Source of the DNA: Heptranchias perlo
Taxonomy: Eukaryota
Reading direction: 5' to 3'
DNA length: 64,000 nucleotides
NCBI RefSeq assembly: GCF_035084215.1
Contig: NC_090370.1
Location: 25,482,001-25,546,000, forward strand
This document shows, in pieces, positions 33,001 to 43,971 of this stretch (position 1 is the first letter of the stretch; the number at the start of each line of letters is the position of its first letter). The notes under the pieces are model-generated. The model searched no databases, was not told where the DNA came from, and saw only the letters and a list, made by a program, of their open reading frames with translations. Position numbers and translations under genes: made by a program.

Positions 33001-34820
33001 ACAGTACCAGAGACTGACAGATACAGAATGAATCCCACACTCACATACAGTACCAGAGACTGACAGATACAGAATGAATCCCACACTCACATACATTTTC
33101 AGAGACTGACAGATACAGAATGAATCCCACACTCACATACATTTTCAGAGACTGACAGATACAGAATGAATCCCACACTCACATGCAGTATCAGAGACTG
33201 ACAGATGCAGAATAAATCCCACACTCAAACAAAGTACTGGAGACTGACAGATACAGAATGAATCCCACACTCACACACAGTATCAGAGACTGACAGATAC
33301 AGAATGAATCCCACACTCACATACAGTTGCAGAGACTGACAGATACAGAATGAATCCCACACTCACATACAGTACCAGAGGCTGACAGATGCAGAATGAA
33401 TCCCACACTCACACACTGTACCTGATACTGACAGATACAGAATGAATCCCACACTCACATACATTGTCAGAGACTGACAGATACAGAATGAATCCCACAC
33501 TCACACACAGTACCAGAGACTGACAGATATTGAATGAATCCCACACTCACATACAGTTTCAGAGGCTTACAGATACAGAATGAATCCCACACTCACACAC
33601 AGTCCCAGAGACTGACAGATATTGAATGAATCCCACACTCACATACAGTACCAGAGACTGATAGATACAGAATGAATCCCACACTCACACACAGTATCAG
33701 AGACTGACAGATACAGAAAGAATCCCACACTCACACACAGTGCCAGAGACTGAAAGATGCAGAAAGAATCCCACACTCACACACAGTACCAGAGACTGTC
33801 AGATACAGAATGAATCCCACACTCCCACAGAGTATCAGAGACTGACAGATACAGAATGAATCCCACACTCACATACAGTATCAGAGACTGACAGATACAG
33901 AATGAATCCCACACTCACACACAGTACCAGAGACTGACAGATGCAGAATGAATCCCACACTCATACTAAGTACTGGAGACTGACAGATACAGAATGAATC
34001 CCACACTCACACACATTATCAGAGACTGACAGATACAGAATGAAACCCACACTCACATTCAGTTGCAGAGACTGACAGATGCAGAATGAATCCCAAACTT
34101 ACATCCTGTACCAGAGACTGACAGATACAGAATGAATCCCTCACTCACATACATTGTCAGAGACTGACAGATGCAGAATGAATCCCACACTCACATACAT
34201 TATCAGAGACTGACAGATGCAGAATGAATCCCACACTCACACACAGTCCCAGAGACTGACAGATACAGAATGAATCCCACACTCACACACAGTACCAGAG
34301 AGTGACAGATACAGAATGAATCCCACACTCACACACTGTATCAGAGACTGACAGATGCAGAATGAATCCCACACTCACACACAGTACCAGAGACTGACAG
34401 ATACAGAATGAATCCCACACTCACATACAGTACCAGAGACTGACAGATACAGAATGAATCCCACACTCACATACATTTTCAGAGACTGACAGATACAGAA
34501 TGAATTGCACACACACACAGAGTATCAGAGACTGACAGATGCAGAATGAATCCCACACTCACATACAGTATCAGAGACTGACAGATACAGAATGAATCCC
34601 ACACTCACATACATTATCAGAGACTGACAGATGCAGAATGAATCCCACACTCACACACAGCACCAGAGACTGACAGATACAGAATGAATCCCACACTCAC
34701 ACACAGTTACAGAGACTGACAGATACAGAATGAATCCCACACTCACATGCATTATCAGAGACTGACAGATGCAGCATGAATCCCACACTCACACACAGTA
34801 CCAGAGACTGAGAGATACAA
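1..34820. repeat. 46-bp tandem satellite array (~750 monomers), consensus TGACAGATACAGAATGAATCCCACACTCACACACAGTAYCAGAGAC; open at left window edge
   Basis: TGACAGA recurs at 1, 47, 93 and onward (period 46) with no non-repeat interruption until ~34820. Plus strand is A/C-rich and almost free of CpG. Confidence 0.99.
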
Positions 34821-37015
34821 AGTGAATCTCATCGTCACCTGCATTTGTGCAGGCTGAGTTCCAAATTACATAGCAAAGCAAAAATCTCACAGTTGTTGAT
34901 TGAAAGTTACCATCTCAATTCCATCAATGCAGGCTTAGTTGCACATTTGGTACCAGTCCAAAAATCTCTTACAGTATCAGACTGATAGATACAGTGTCAA
35001 TTTCTTTAGTGCAGGATAAGCTACATATTACATACCAGTCCAAACATCTCATACAGTGTCAGACGCAGATAGAGAATTAATCCAATTATTGCAGACTGAA
35101 CTGCACATTGCATACCAGTCCAGTAATTTCACTGTGAACATATTGAAAGATACATTATCATTCACAATAGATTTCAGAGATTAAGATGTAACACTACTCC
35201 AAAACTCACACACATTGTTTGATTAACGAAAATCGAAAAGTAATCCCTATTTACAAATTAAATACTCGAAAAAGAACTGTATATATTTTAAAGTATTAAA
35301 GATACAGTTTCAAATAAGGTACTGTAAACTGAAATAAGAATATGGAATGAATTCACACTTGCACATTGTCTCAGAGACTGAATTACAGAATGAATCCCTG
35401 ACTGAGATAAAGTAGCAGAGAATGGCAGATACAGAATGACTGACAGATGCAGAATATACCCCATGCTCACAGTCAGTACCAGAGACTGACAGATGCAGAA
35501 TGAATCCCACACTCACATACATTATCAGAGACTGACAGATGCAGAATGAATCCCACACTCACACACAGTCCCAGAGACTGACAGATACAGAATGAATCCC
35601 ACACTCACACACAGTACCAGAGAGTGACAGATACAGAATGAATCCCACACTTACACACTGTATCAGAGACTGACAGATGCAGAATATACCCCATGCTCAC
35701 AGTCAGTACCAGAGACTGACAGATATAGAATGAATCCTACACTCACATACAGTACCAGGAAAAGAATGAATCTCACTCATGCACAGTACCAGGGACTGAC
35801 AGATACAGAATGAATCTCACACTCACAAACAGTACCAGAGACTGACAGATTCAGAATGAATCACACACTCACATACAGTGTCAGAGACTGACAGATACAG
35901 AATGAATCTCACATTCACATTACTGCAGACTGAGCTGCACATTACATACCAGTCCAAAAATCTCATCGGGTCAGATTGAAAGATATCGTATCAATTCCTT
36001 TGGTGCAGACTGAGCTACATATTTGATATATTGGTAAGTGCTCGTGTTATACTGAAATAAACATTATCAATGCCATTGGTACAGACTGAGCTATTTCTTA
36101 CATACGAGTCCAAAAATCAAATAAATGATCAGACTGAAAGATATACTCTAAATTCTATTAGCACCATCTGAGCTAAATATTATATAACAGTCCAACAATC
36201 TCATACAATATTGGACTGAAAGATACAGTATCGATTCCATCAGTGCAGACTGAGCCACACATTATACAACAGTCCAAGAATGTCATCGGCCTATCAGACT
36301 CAAAGATACAATATCAATTCCATTAGCACAGACTGAGCTATATGTTACTCACCAGTCCAAAAATCTTATACAGTGTTTGACTCAGATACAGAATTAATCC
36401 CATTGTTGCAGACTGAACTACACATTACATACCAGTCCATAATTTCAACGTGAACAGATTGAAAGGTACATTATCATTCACAATAGAGTTCAGAGATTAA
36501 ATGAAATACTACTCCAAAACTCACACACATTGTTTGATTAAAGAAAATCGAAAAGTGTATCCATATTAACAAATTAAATACTCGACAAAGAACTGCATAT
36601 ACTTTGAAGTGGTAAAGATATAGTTTCAAATACAATATTCTAAACTGAAATAAGAATCTAGAATGAATCCAGACTTGCACATTGTCTCAGAGACTGAATT
36701 ACAGAATGAAACCCTCACTCAGATAAAGTAGCAGAGAATGGCAGATACAGAATGTATCCCCCACACACACAGACAGTACCAGACACTGACAGGCACAGAA
36801 TTATGCCCACACTCACATAAAGCACCAGGGACTGACAGATACAGAACGAATCCATCACTTATATATAGTAGCTGAGACTGACTGATGCAGAATATACCCC
36901 ATGCTCACACTCAGTTCCAGAGACTGACAGATACAGAATGAATCCCAAACTCACACACAGTACCAGAGACTGACAGATACACAATAAACCCCACTCTCAC
37001 ATCCAGTACCAGAGA
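34821..37015 (+). repeat. Degenerate satellite flank (module A): alternating ~81-bp repeats, AT-rich linker and short 46-mer tracts
   Basis: Units like CAGACTGAGCTACACATTACATACCAGTCCAAAAATCTC alternate with 46-mers at ~35400-35920 and ~36690-37015. 35040-35430 resembles 36370-36760 (internal duplication). Confidence 0.85.
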
Positions 37016-37047
37016 CTGGCATCTACTGGACGTAAGCGAGAACTGTA
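37016..37047 (-). promoter_or_regulatory. CTCF-like site (core plus upstream motif) at the end of a satellite tract
   Basis: Reverse strand reads TACAGTTC-TCGCTTACGT-CCAGTAGATGCCAG, resembling the CTCF core CCASYAGRKGGCR with a TGCAG-type upstream module. Confidence 0.6.
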
Positions 37048-37299
37048 AAAGAGCGGAACAAATTCACATTATCTGTCGTGGTTGGAGAAACAGGACAATG
37101 TGCAATGTGAGGAAAGTTTCTGTCTGTAACTTTTACTCTCGTATTTTTGCACTTTTTGATCGTGAAAAATGAAGACAATTTATTCATAATAACGTTTTTG
37201 TTTCACTCATTCAATCGTTTTGAATTTACCCCATTATATTTCACTGTACGTTGCGCAGTATTTCTCTCTGATTTCTCAGGTCACGATTTACATTTTTCC

Positions 37300-37470
37300 T
37301 CCATCCCATTTAGACTGTAATTTTCCAAGCAGTATGTGGCCTCCTTATTCCCTCTCGCGAAATGAAGCATCGCAAACCTTTCCATATTGCAATTCAATGG
37401 CCATTTCCACTGCCGTTCAGCAAGTTTATTTTGCCGCAGACTTCCTCTGTTTAACTATACCTCCTAAATC
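37300..37470 (-). mobile_element. Old CR1-clade LINE RT fragment (module A copy)
   Basis: Homologous to 42165-42340, which encodes CR1 RT-like residues. Confidence 0.6.
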
Positions 37471-37479
37471 AACTACAAG

Positions 37480-37750
37480 AATGTAACACAGCATTACAAC
37501 TAATGTTTGGTCTAACAAAATGTACTTGCAGCTCGTCTCCATTCCCAGTTTTTCTAAATCCCACTCGTGCAATATAATGTGAAGAATTAGTTTCTGTTCT
37601 GTCCCTCTCTCATCTGCAAACTTCACTGTCCCGGGGTTTGGGGACATCTACTGGCCGGAAGCAGAACTGCAACAGTTCGGAACAAATTGCTGAAACCGGA
37701 CAATGTGCAGTGTGAGCGTGTTTGTGATTGGTGGCAGGTACTAAATCAGA
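37480..37750 (+). promoter_or_regulatory. Truncated H2B upstream module A with CTCF-like site (37640-37671, minus); no H2B gene follows
   Basis: Near-identical to 42370-42526 joined to 43209-43320. Similarity ends at CTAAATCAGA (~37750). Confidence 0.85.
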
Positions 37751-38234
37751 TTTTTTAAACCTGCCCATTAACCTTTAGTGTTTGTTATTGAACAGTAAAC
37801 AGAGCCGGACAGTAAGGATACGGGGAGTTATACAAAGAGCATTTATGGCAGGCATCAGGTGAGATGTTTGAAGGACACATTTTAAGCAGCGTCTGTTTTG
37901 TTTCGGTTCAATGGTTCGTCCCAAGGGAATGGGAAACAGAAATCTGATATGTTCAAAGGTCCCCGCCCCATCGGGTAGTCCCATTCATGGATCAGTGCAG
38001 GGGTTGGGTTGTGTCTGGTTGTCACTAAATTGTTGTAAAACAGCCCAACACACCTGGTGTGCAGAAGCTGAGAGCTGCAGTACTGCAGTGGAGTCAGACA
38101 CTGACACTGTTTGTATCGCTGGTTTTCATTTGTGGTTATTACAATGATTATTAACAGAGAGATTCAATTGATCACTTTTGTATTTTCTACTTCACCTGTT
38201 CTTGAGTTACAAGAGATACTTTTTCTTCCTACAG

Positions 38235-38325
38235 TCAAATCCTTGAAGGACCCAGAATCAGTGTGATGTTTACTCCACCCGAGGCACAAGGAGCAGTCAG
38301 TGCAGCCAGCTCCTTCTCACACACA
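38235..38325 (+). other. Putative non-coding internal exon (orphan copy)
   Basis: Acceptor TTTTCTTCCTACAG and donor GTAAGT. Both splice signals are retained in the inverted paralog at 51122-51208. Confidence 0.5.
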
Positions 38326-38789
38326 GTAAGTACATTATCACTCACAGAGCACAGAGACACAGACAGGTCATCAGTCCCATAGTCTCAGACAGCAGAAATA
38401 GTCAGTCCCACACTGATCCCAATCCAACACTCAAACAGAGCAGGAGAGACAGACGTAATTTCCATTTCACAACGACTCAGTACTGCTGACCGGCAGATAA
38501 ATAATTCCCAGTCCAAAATCACACCCAGTATCAGATTGAAAGGCACTGTGTCAATCTCACATTAGTTCAGCCTTAGCTACAAATTAAATACCAGATAGAA
38601 CTGACACATGGTACTGATTGATCGGTACAGAATGAATCACAATAGTGTACTCCAAGATTCAAATTAAATACCAGCCCACAACTCACACACATTATGAGTT
38701 TAAAGATGCAATATTCATGCCACTATTGTACACTGAGATACAAATTAGACACCAGTTCAGATGTTACCCATTTTTGACTCACATATATG

Positions 38790-39700
38790 TCCAAAAACTT
38801 CATAGTATCAGAATGAAATGTACAGTTTCAATTCATTCACTGCAGACTGAGGTACACATTAGATACCAGTCCAAAATTCTCATACAGGAATGACTGAAAG
38901 ACACAGTATCAACCCCATTAGTGCAGACTGAGCTACACGTCACATACCAGTCCAAAAATCTCAGTGTCAGGTTGAAAGATACAGTATAAATTCCATTAGT
39001 GCAGACTGAGATACACATTAGTTACCTGTCCAAAAATCACATTGTGTCAACCTGAGAGGCAGAGTATCAATTCCATTACTGCAGATAGAGGTTTACATTA
39101 GATACCTGTCCAAAAATCGGGTACAATATCAGACTGAAAGATATAGTATCGATTTGATTAGTACAGACTGACCTACACGTTACATACCAGTATATAATCT
39201 CACACAGTATCAGACTGGAAGATACAGTATCAATCCCATTAGTGCAGACTGGGGTATACATTAGATACCAGTCCAAAAGTCACATTCAGTGTCAAATTGA
39301 AAGATACAGTATCAATTCCATTAGTGCAGACTGAACTACACCTTATAAACCAGTCTAATCATATTACACCATATCAGACTGAAAGGTACATCATGAATTC
39401 CATTAGTGCAGACTGAGCGACACATTATATACCTTCCAAAAATCTCATACTTTATCATAATGAAACATACAGTATGAATCCTATTAGTGTAGACTAAGCT
39501 AAACATTAGAAACCAGTCCAAAAATCTCTCACAGTGTCTGACTAATAGATACAATATCAGTTCCTTTAGTGCTGACTGAAACACACATTACACACCAGTC
39601 CAAAAATCTAATACAGTGTCAGGCTGAAAGATACAATATCAATTCCATTAGCCCAGACTGAGCTACACAATAAATACCAGTCCAATAATTTCACAGTAAA
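38790..39700 (+). repeat. Degenerate ~81-bp tandem repeat (~11 copies) related to the 46-mer
   Basis: CCAGTCCAAAAAT-like anchors at 38866, 38947, 39025, 39105, 39187, 39268, 39350, 39432, 39513, ~39594 and 39677. Confidence 0.9.
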
Positions 39701-39934
39701 GTTTGAAGTGAACATTATCTTCACAGAGATTAAGATACAATCCTACAATAAAACTCACACAAGTTGTTTGATTAAAAAAAATCCAAAAGTGCATCCGTAT
39801 TTACAAATTAATGCGAGACAAAATATTTGCATACATTAATGAATTAAAGATACAGTTTCAAGCACCATACTGTAAACTGAAATAAGAATACAGAACGAAT
39901 CCAGACTTGCACTTTGCCCAGTGACTGAGTTACA

Positions 39935-40372
39935 TAATGAATCCCACACTGAGATAAAATACCAGAGATTGACAGATACAGAATGAATCCAACACTCACA
40001 CACAGTACCAGAGACAGACAGATACAGAATGAATCCCACACTCACACACAGTACCAGAGACAGACAGATACAGAATGAAGCCCACACTCACACACAGTAC
40101 CAGAGACTGACAGATACAGAATGAATCCCACACTCACACACAGTACCAGAGACTGACAGATACAGAATGAATCCCACACTCACACACAGCACCAGAGACT
40201 GACAGATACAGAATGAATCCCACACACACACAGTACCAGAGACTGACAGATACAGAATTAATCCCACACTCACACACAGTACCAGAGACTGACGGATACA
40301 GAATGAATCTCACACTCACACACAGTACCACAAACTGACAGACAGAGAATTAATCTCACACTCACATACAAT
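39935..40372 (+). repeat. Short tract (~9 copies) of the 46-bp satellite monomer (module B)
   Basis: Same consensus as the large array; ends at a CTCF-like site. Confidence 0.95.
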
Positions 40373-40404
40373 CTGACACCTACTGGCCATAAGTGAGAAC
40401 TGTA
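40373..40404 (-). promoter_or_regulatory. CTCF-like site
   Basis: Reverse strand reads TACAGTTC-TCACTTATGG-CCAGTAGGTGTCAG, a strong match to the CTCF core. Confidence 0.7.
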
Positions 40405-40741
40405 ACAGAGTGGAATAAATTCACATCATCTGTCGTTGTTACAGATTCAGGACAATGTGCAATGTGAGGAAATAGTTTCTCTCTGTAACTTCTACTCTCG
40501 TATTTTTTCATATTTTGTCAGTGAAAAATGAGACAATTGATTCATAATAAAGTTTTTGTTTTGCTCATTCGAAAGTTGCCCCATTATATTTCGCTCTACT
40601 TTGCGCAATATTTCTGTCTGATTTCTCAGGACACGATTTATATTAATTCAAATAAACCAAACTGAAACACAAATAAAAACTGAGCGCAAAGTTTCAACGG
40701 CGACCGTCAAAAGTGAAAGGGATAAAATATAGAAAAAATTA

Positions 40742-40842
40742 AAACCGAAAATGTTGGAAAGACTCAGCAGGTCCGGCAGCATCTGTGGAGAAGAGAAGCT
40801 CGGGTTAACGGTTCAGGACAATGACCCTTCTCTCGATCAGAA
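40742..40842 (-). mobile_element. Fragment of a common chondrichthyan interspersed repeat, probably a Penelope-like terminal repeat
   Basis: AAATGTTGGAAAGACTCAGCAGGTCCGGCAGCATCTGTGGAG...GTTAACGGTTCAGG..ATGACCCTTC, recognised from memory. Second copy at 63765-63866. Confidence 0.45.
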
Positions 40843-41122
40843 AGGTTAATCAGACATAATTTAAAAAAGGAACGGGAATCAGCAGAGGGAAAAACTTCAG
40901 AAAAACAATTAATTTCACTGAATCCGAGCAATTGTGTCCCGTATCCACCGTACAGATCAGGACAAATAATAATACAAAGAACAGAGTTAAATTCAACACT
41001 ATGATGGAAATAAATGAATTTTAATAGTATTTTTTATATAAATTAGACCCGTTTGTGTTTTGGAAACACTGTCCCTCTGAACATCATCAAATTCAGTTCC
41101 AGTCTTGGTGTTCCTGAATTCA

Positions 41123-41190
41123 GCGTGCTGGGATTCAAACCTGTTGGAATTAACTGCTTGGAAGGCAGCGATACTCACCATTATAGCGCC
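41123..41190 (-). pseudogene. tRNA-Gly(TCC)-derived pseudogene
   Basis: Reverse strand TATAATGGTGAGTATCGCTGCCTTCCAAGCAGTT...GGTTTGAATCCC aligns with vertebrate tRNA-Gly-TCC (TATAGTGGTGAGCATAGCTGCCTTCCAAGCAGTT..GGTTCGATTCCC). Acceptor stem and B box are damaged. Confidence 0.75.
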
Positions 41191-41369
41191 TTATTTCACC
41201 AGGAGGGAGAAGTCGAGTGTTTCTGTGGAGTTTCGGACTGAATTGCTCCCTTTGGGTTTCTGGCACTTTAATCATAGACAATAAATAGTTCCCAAACATC
41301 AGTCCCTGAACAGACACAAGAAGCTGGTGGAATTTCTCATTCATAGATATTAAATAAGAGGATGGCAAA

Positions 41370-41990
41370 AGCGAATAGGAAGAGGTTCGGAAGAAGTCAC
41401 CAAAACAATTAGGGAAGCAAACAGGAACCAGGAAATCAAATTATCAAGGAATATGAAAATAAATAGTAAATTATTCCACAGATACAAAAATAACAAAAGG
41501 AAAATCAGAATTGCTTGAGTGATGCACAAGATAAACTCACAGATAACGTCAGCGAAATGACAGCAATATTGAATTATTACTTTGCCTCAGTATTTACCTG
41601 AGAGATTAACAGGGTGAATATGATATTGGAGGAAGAGATCAATAAAGATATAAAGACATTTAAGTTCGAAAGGGCGGTTAAACTCCCGGTCCAGATGGAT
41701 TGCACCCGCACATATTAAATGAAGCAAAGGAAGAGATCGCAGAGGCAATGTTACATGTGTAGGAAAAATCATCACAAGAAGGAACAGTGACAGAGGACTG
41801 GATGACAGCTAATGTGATTCTTATATTTTAATACAGGAGATAGAACAAGTCCAGGGAACTATAGACCAGTTAACTAAAGGTCGGTGGCAGGAATGATCAT
41901 GGAATCTTTTACTCAATGATGCAATAGAAAAACATCTAGAAACCGAAAATATAATAAAGAATAGTCAGCACGGATTTCAGAAAGGGAAGG
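41370..41990 (+). mobile_element. Decayed CR1-clade LINE ORF2 fragment
   Basis: Piecewise translation gives ILNYYFASVFT, PGPDGLHP.IL, EDW.TANV, PGNYRPV and SQHGF, with frameshifts. Confidence 0.85.
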
Positions 41991-42039
41991 TTTAACAGTT
42001 TGGCCAAAGGTTTGACAGTTTAAATTACAGTTCAACATA

Positions 42040-42345
42040 ACTTATTTGCTTTTCAATTCTATTCCTCTGGAAATAAACCACAGTGCTGTGTTTGCTTTTT
42101 TATGTCCATATCATCCTGTGCTGCTACTTTTAATGATTTGTCAATCTGTACCCCGAAATCCCTTTGCTCTTTTACCCCATTTAGACTCTTATTTTCCAAG
42201 CAGTATGTGGCCTCCTTATTCCCCCAAGCAAAATGCACCACCTCACACCTTTCTACATGGAAATTCAATGGCCATTTACACCGCCTTTCAGCAAGCTGAT
42301 TAAAGTCGTCTTGTATTTTGTTGCAATCTTCCTCGGTATCGACAA
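42040..42345 (-). mobile_element. Decayed CR1-clade RT fragment, inverted relative to the preceding fragment
   Basis: ORF 42059..42268 reads FHVERCEVVHF...QRDFGVQIDKSLK, matching the CR1 C-terminal RT region (F..KC.V.H...RDLGV). Confidence 0.85.
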
Positions 42346-42526
42346 TACCCCCTAAATTAATTGCAAGAATTTAACACACCATTACAACGAAGGTTTCGTC
42401 TTACAAAATGTACTTGCAGCTCGTCTTCATTCCCAGTTTTTCTAAATCCCACTCGTGCAATATAATGTGAAGAATTAGTTTCTGTTCTCTCCCTCTCTCA
42501 TCTTCAAACTTCACTGTCCCGGGGTT

Positions 42527-43196
42527 CGGGCTGCTCCTGCACACTCTCCAATTTCTCGCCCTCGTCTCTCGCCCGGACACGCCCTGGCGTACCATCCTGC
42601 CGTCCGGCGGAGGCGGGGGTCCCCAGTGGAGGGCTCTGTACTCAGGGATCCTCCCGTGTTACATCGGGGATCTGGGGTGGAGGGTGTTGCACGGAGCAGT
42701 CGCGTCCAATAGGCGTTCACGCCATTTCACGGACACCCAGGCCGCCTGCAATTTCTGCGGCCTGGAGGAGTCCGTGTTTCACTTGTTCACCGGGTGTGGG
42801 AGACTGCAGCCCCTGTTTGATTATTTGGAGGGGCTGCTCCTGAAGTTCTGGCTGCACTTCAGTCCCACGCTCCTGATCTTTGGCCGCCCGGTGAGGAGGG
42901 GGGCGGGCAGGTCGGTGGACGTCCTCGTGGGCCTGCTCCTGGGCCTGTCCAAGGTGGCCATCCACAGGTCCAGGTTGCTCGGGGCCCGTGGGGGCGGTCG
43001 CTCGGCCTGTCTGCCTCTCTTCCGCGGAATGCTCCGTGCCCGGGTGGCCCTGGAGATGGAGCACGCGGTGTCTGCCGGTACGCTTGAGGCTTTCCGCCAC
43101 CGGTGGGCACCGCAGGAGCTGGAGTGTATCCTGGACGAGGGAAATAAAATTTTAATTTGACACTTGGTTTTTGGTTTAAAAAAATAATTTAAAAAA
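42527..43196 (+). mobile_element. 5'-truncated Tx1-like (L1 clade) non-LTR retrotransposon with 12-bp TSD TGTCCCGGGGTT
   Basis: GC-rich open frame from 42525 to 43160 with GDLGWRVLHGAV and zinc knuckle CNFC-x7-H-x4-C. A-rich 3' end. TSD at 42515-42526 and 43197-43208. Empty sites exist in three paralogous modules. Confidence 0.9.
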
Positions 43197-43209
43197 TGTC
43201 CCGGGGTTT

Positions 43210-43500
43210 GGGGACATCTACTGGCCGGAAACAGAACTGCAACAGTTCGGAACAAATTGCTGAAACCGGACAATGTGCAGTGTGAGCGTGTTTGTGATTG
43301 GTGGCGGATACTAAATCTGATTGGTTTCTTCAGATAGCCAATCAGAGAGTGAAAATAATAGACGACGTTGCATCTCTCCCAATGACCCAATCACAATCAT
43401 TGCCTTCACCCATCCTTCATTACCATAGGGCTGTGGGGCTGTCGATTTAATCCGAGCTCGGAGCGGATTTGGGTCATTTCTGGGTCTGAAATTGAGTTTG
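43210..43500 (+). promoter_or_regulatory. H2B promoter: CTCF-like site (43210-43241, minus), several CCAAT boxes, octamer-like ATTACCAT (43419-43426)
   Basis: ATTGG/CCAAT at ~43297, 43320, 43338, 43379 and 43387. Conserved in modules C and D. Confidence 0.7.
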
Positions 43501-43503
43501 AAA

Positions 43504-43878
43504 ATGCCTGAGGACAAGAAAGCAGCTCCCAAAAAGGGCGCCAAGAAAACCTTGAGTAAAGCACCGGGCAAGGGCGGCAAGAAGCGGAGAAAGTCGAGGA
43601 AAGAGAGTTACTCCATCTACATCTACAAAGTGATGAAGCAGGTTCACCCCGACACCGGCATCTCGTCCAAGGCCATGAGCATCATGAACTCCTTTGTGAC
43701 CGACATTTTCGAGCGCATCGCAGGTGAGGCTTCCCGCCTGGCCCATTACAACAAGCGGGCGACTATCAGCTCCCGGGAGATCCAGACCGCCGTGCGCCTG
43801 CTGTTGCCCGGGGAACTGGCCAAGCACGCCGTGTCAGAAGGGACAAAGGCGGTGACCAAATACACCAGCTCCAAGTAA
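43504..43878 (+). CDS. H2B: Histone H2B (copy 1, 124 aa, N67T relative to canonical)
   Basis: [12 protein letters not shown]...[26 protein letters not shown]...AVTKYTSSK. True ATG at 43504. Confidence 0.98.
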   Translation: MPEDKKAAPKKGAKKTLSKAPGKGGKKRRKSRKESYSIYIYKVMKQVHPDTGISSKAMSIMNSFVTDIFERIAGEASRLAHYNKRATISSREIQTAVRLLLPGELAKHAVSEGTKAVTKYTSSK

Positions 43879-43912
43879 AACTCCACAATGAACTGAAAAA
43901 AATAAACACAAA

Positions 43913-43953
43913 GGCCCTTTTAAGAGCCACCCACAGTCTCTCTGAAGACGCTG
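43913..43953 (+). terminator. Histone 3' stem-loop with one stem mismatch and variant downstream element
   Basis: GGCCCT-TTTA-AGAGCC followed by ACCCA, then GAAGACGCTG. Confidence 0.9.
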
Positions 43954-43971
43954 TACCGACACCTCTATATT

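Noticed and set aside
1-34820. CRISPR-like look (constant part plus variable part)
   Set aside because: The variable segment is only ~9 nt and consists of point variants of one sequence, not unique spacers. The context is eukaryotic with no cas genes.
1-34820. Centromeric role or nucleosome phasing (4 x 46 = 184 bp)
   Set aside because: Nothing in the sequence alone supports it. It would need CENP-A ChIP or MNase data.
395-35558. Many 60-90 aa ORFs (WDSFCICQSL..., QNESHTH...) in the array
   Set aside because: They are translations of the 46-bp repeat, whose frame cycles every 138 bp, mostly with non-ATG starts. No coding signal.
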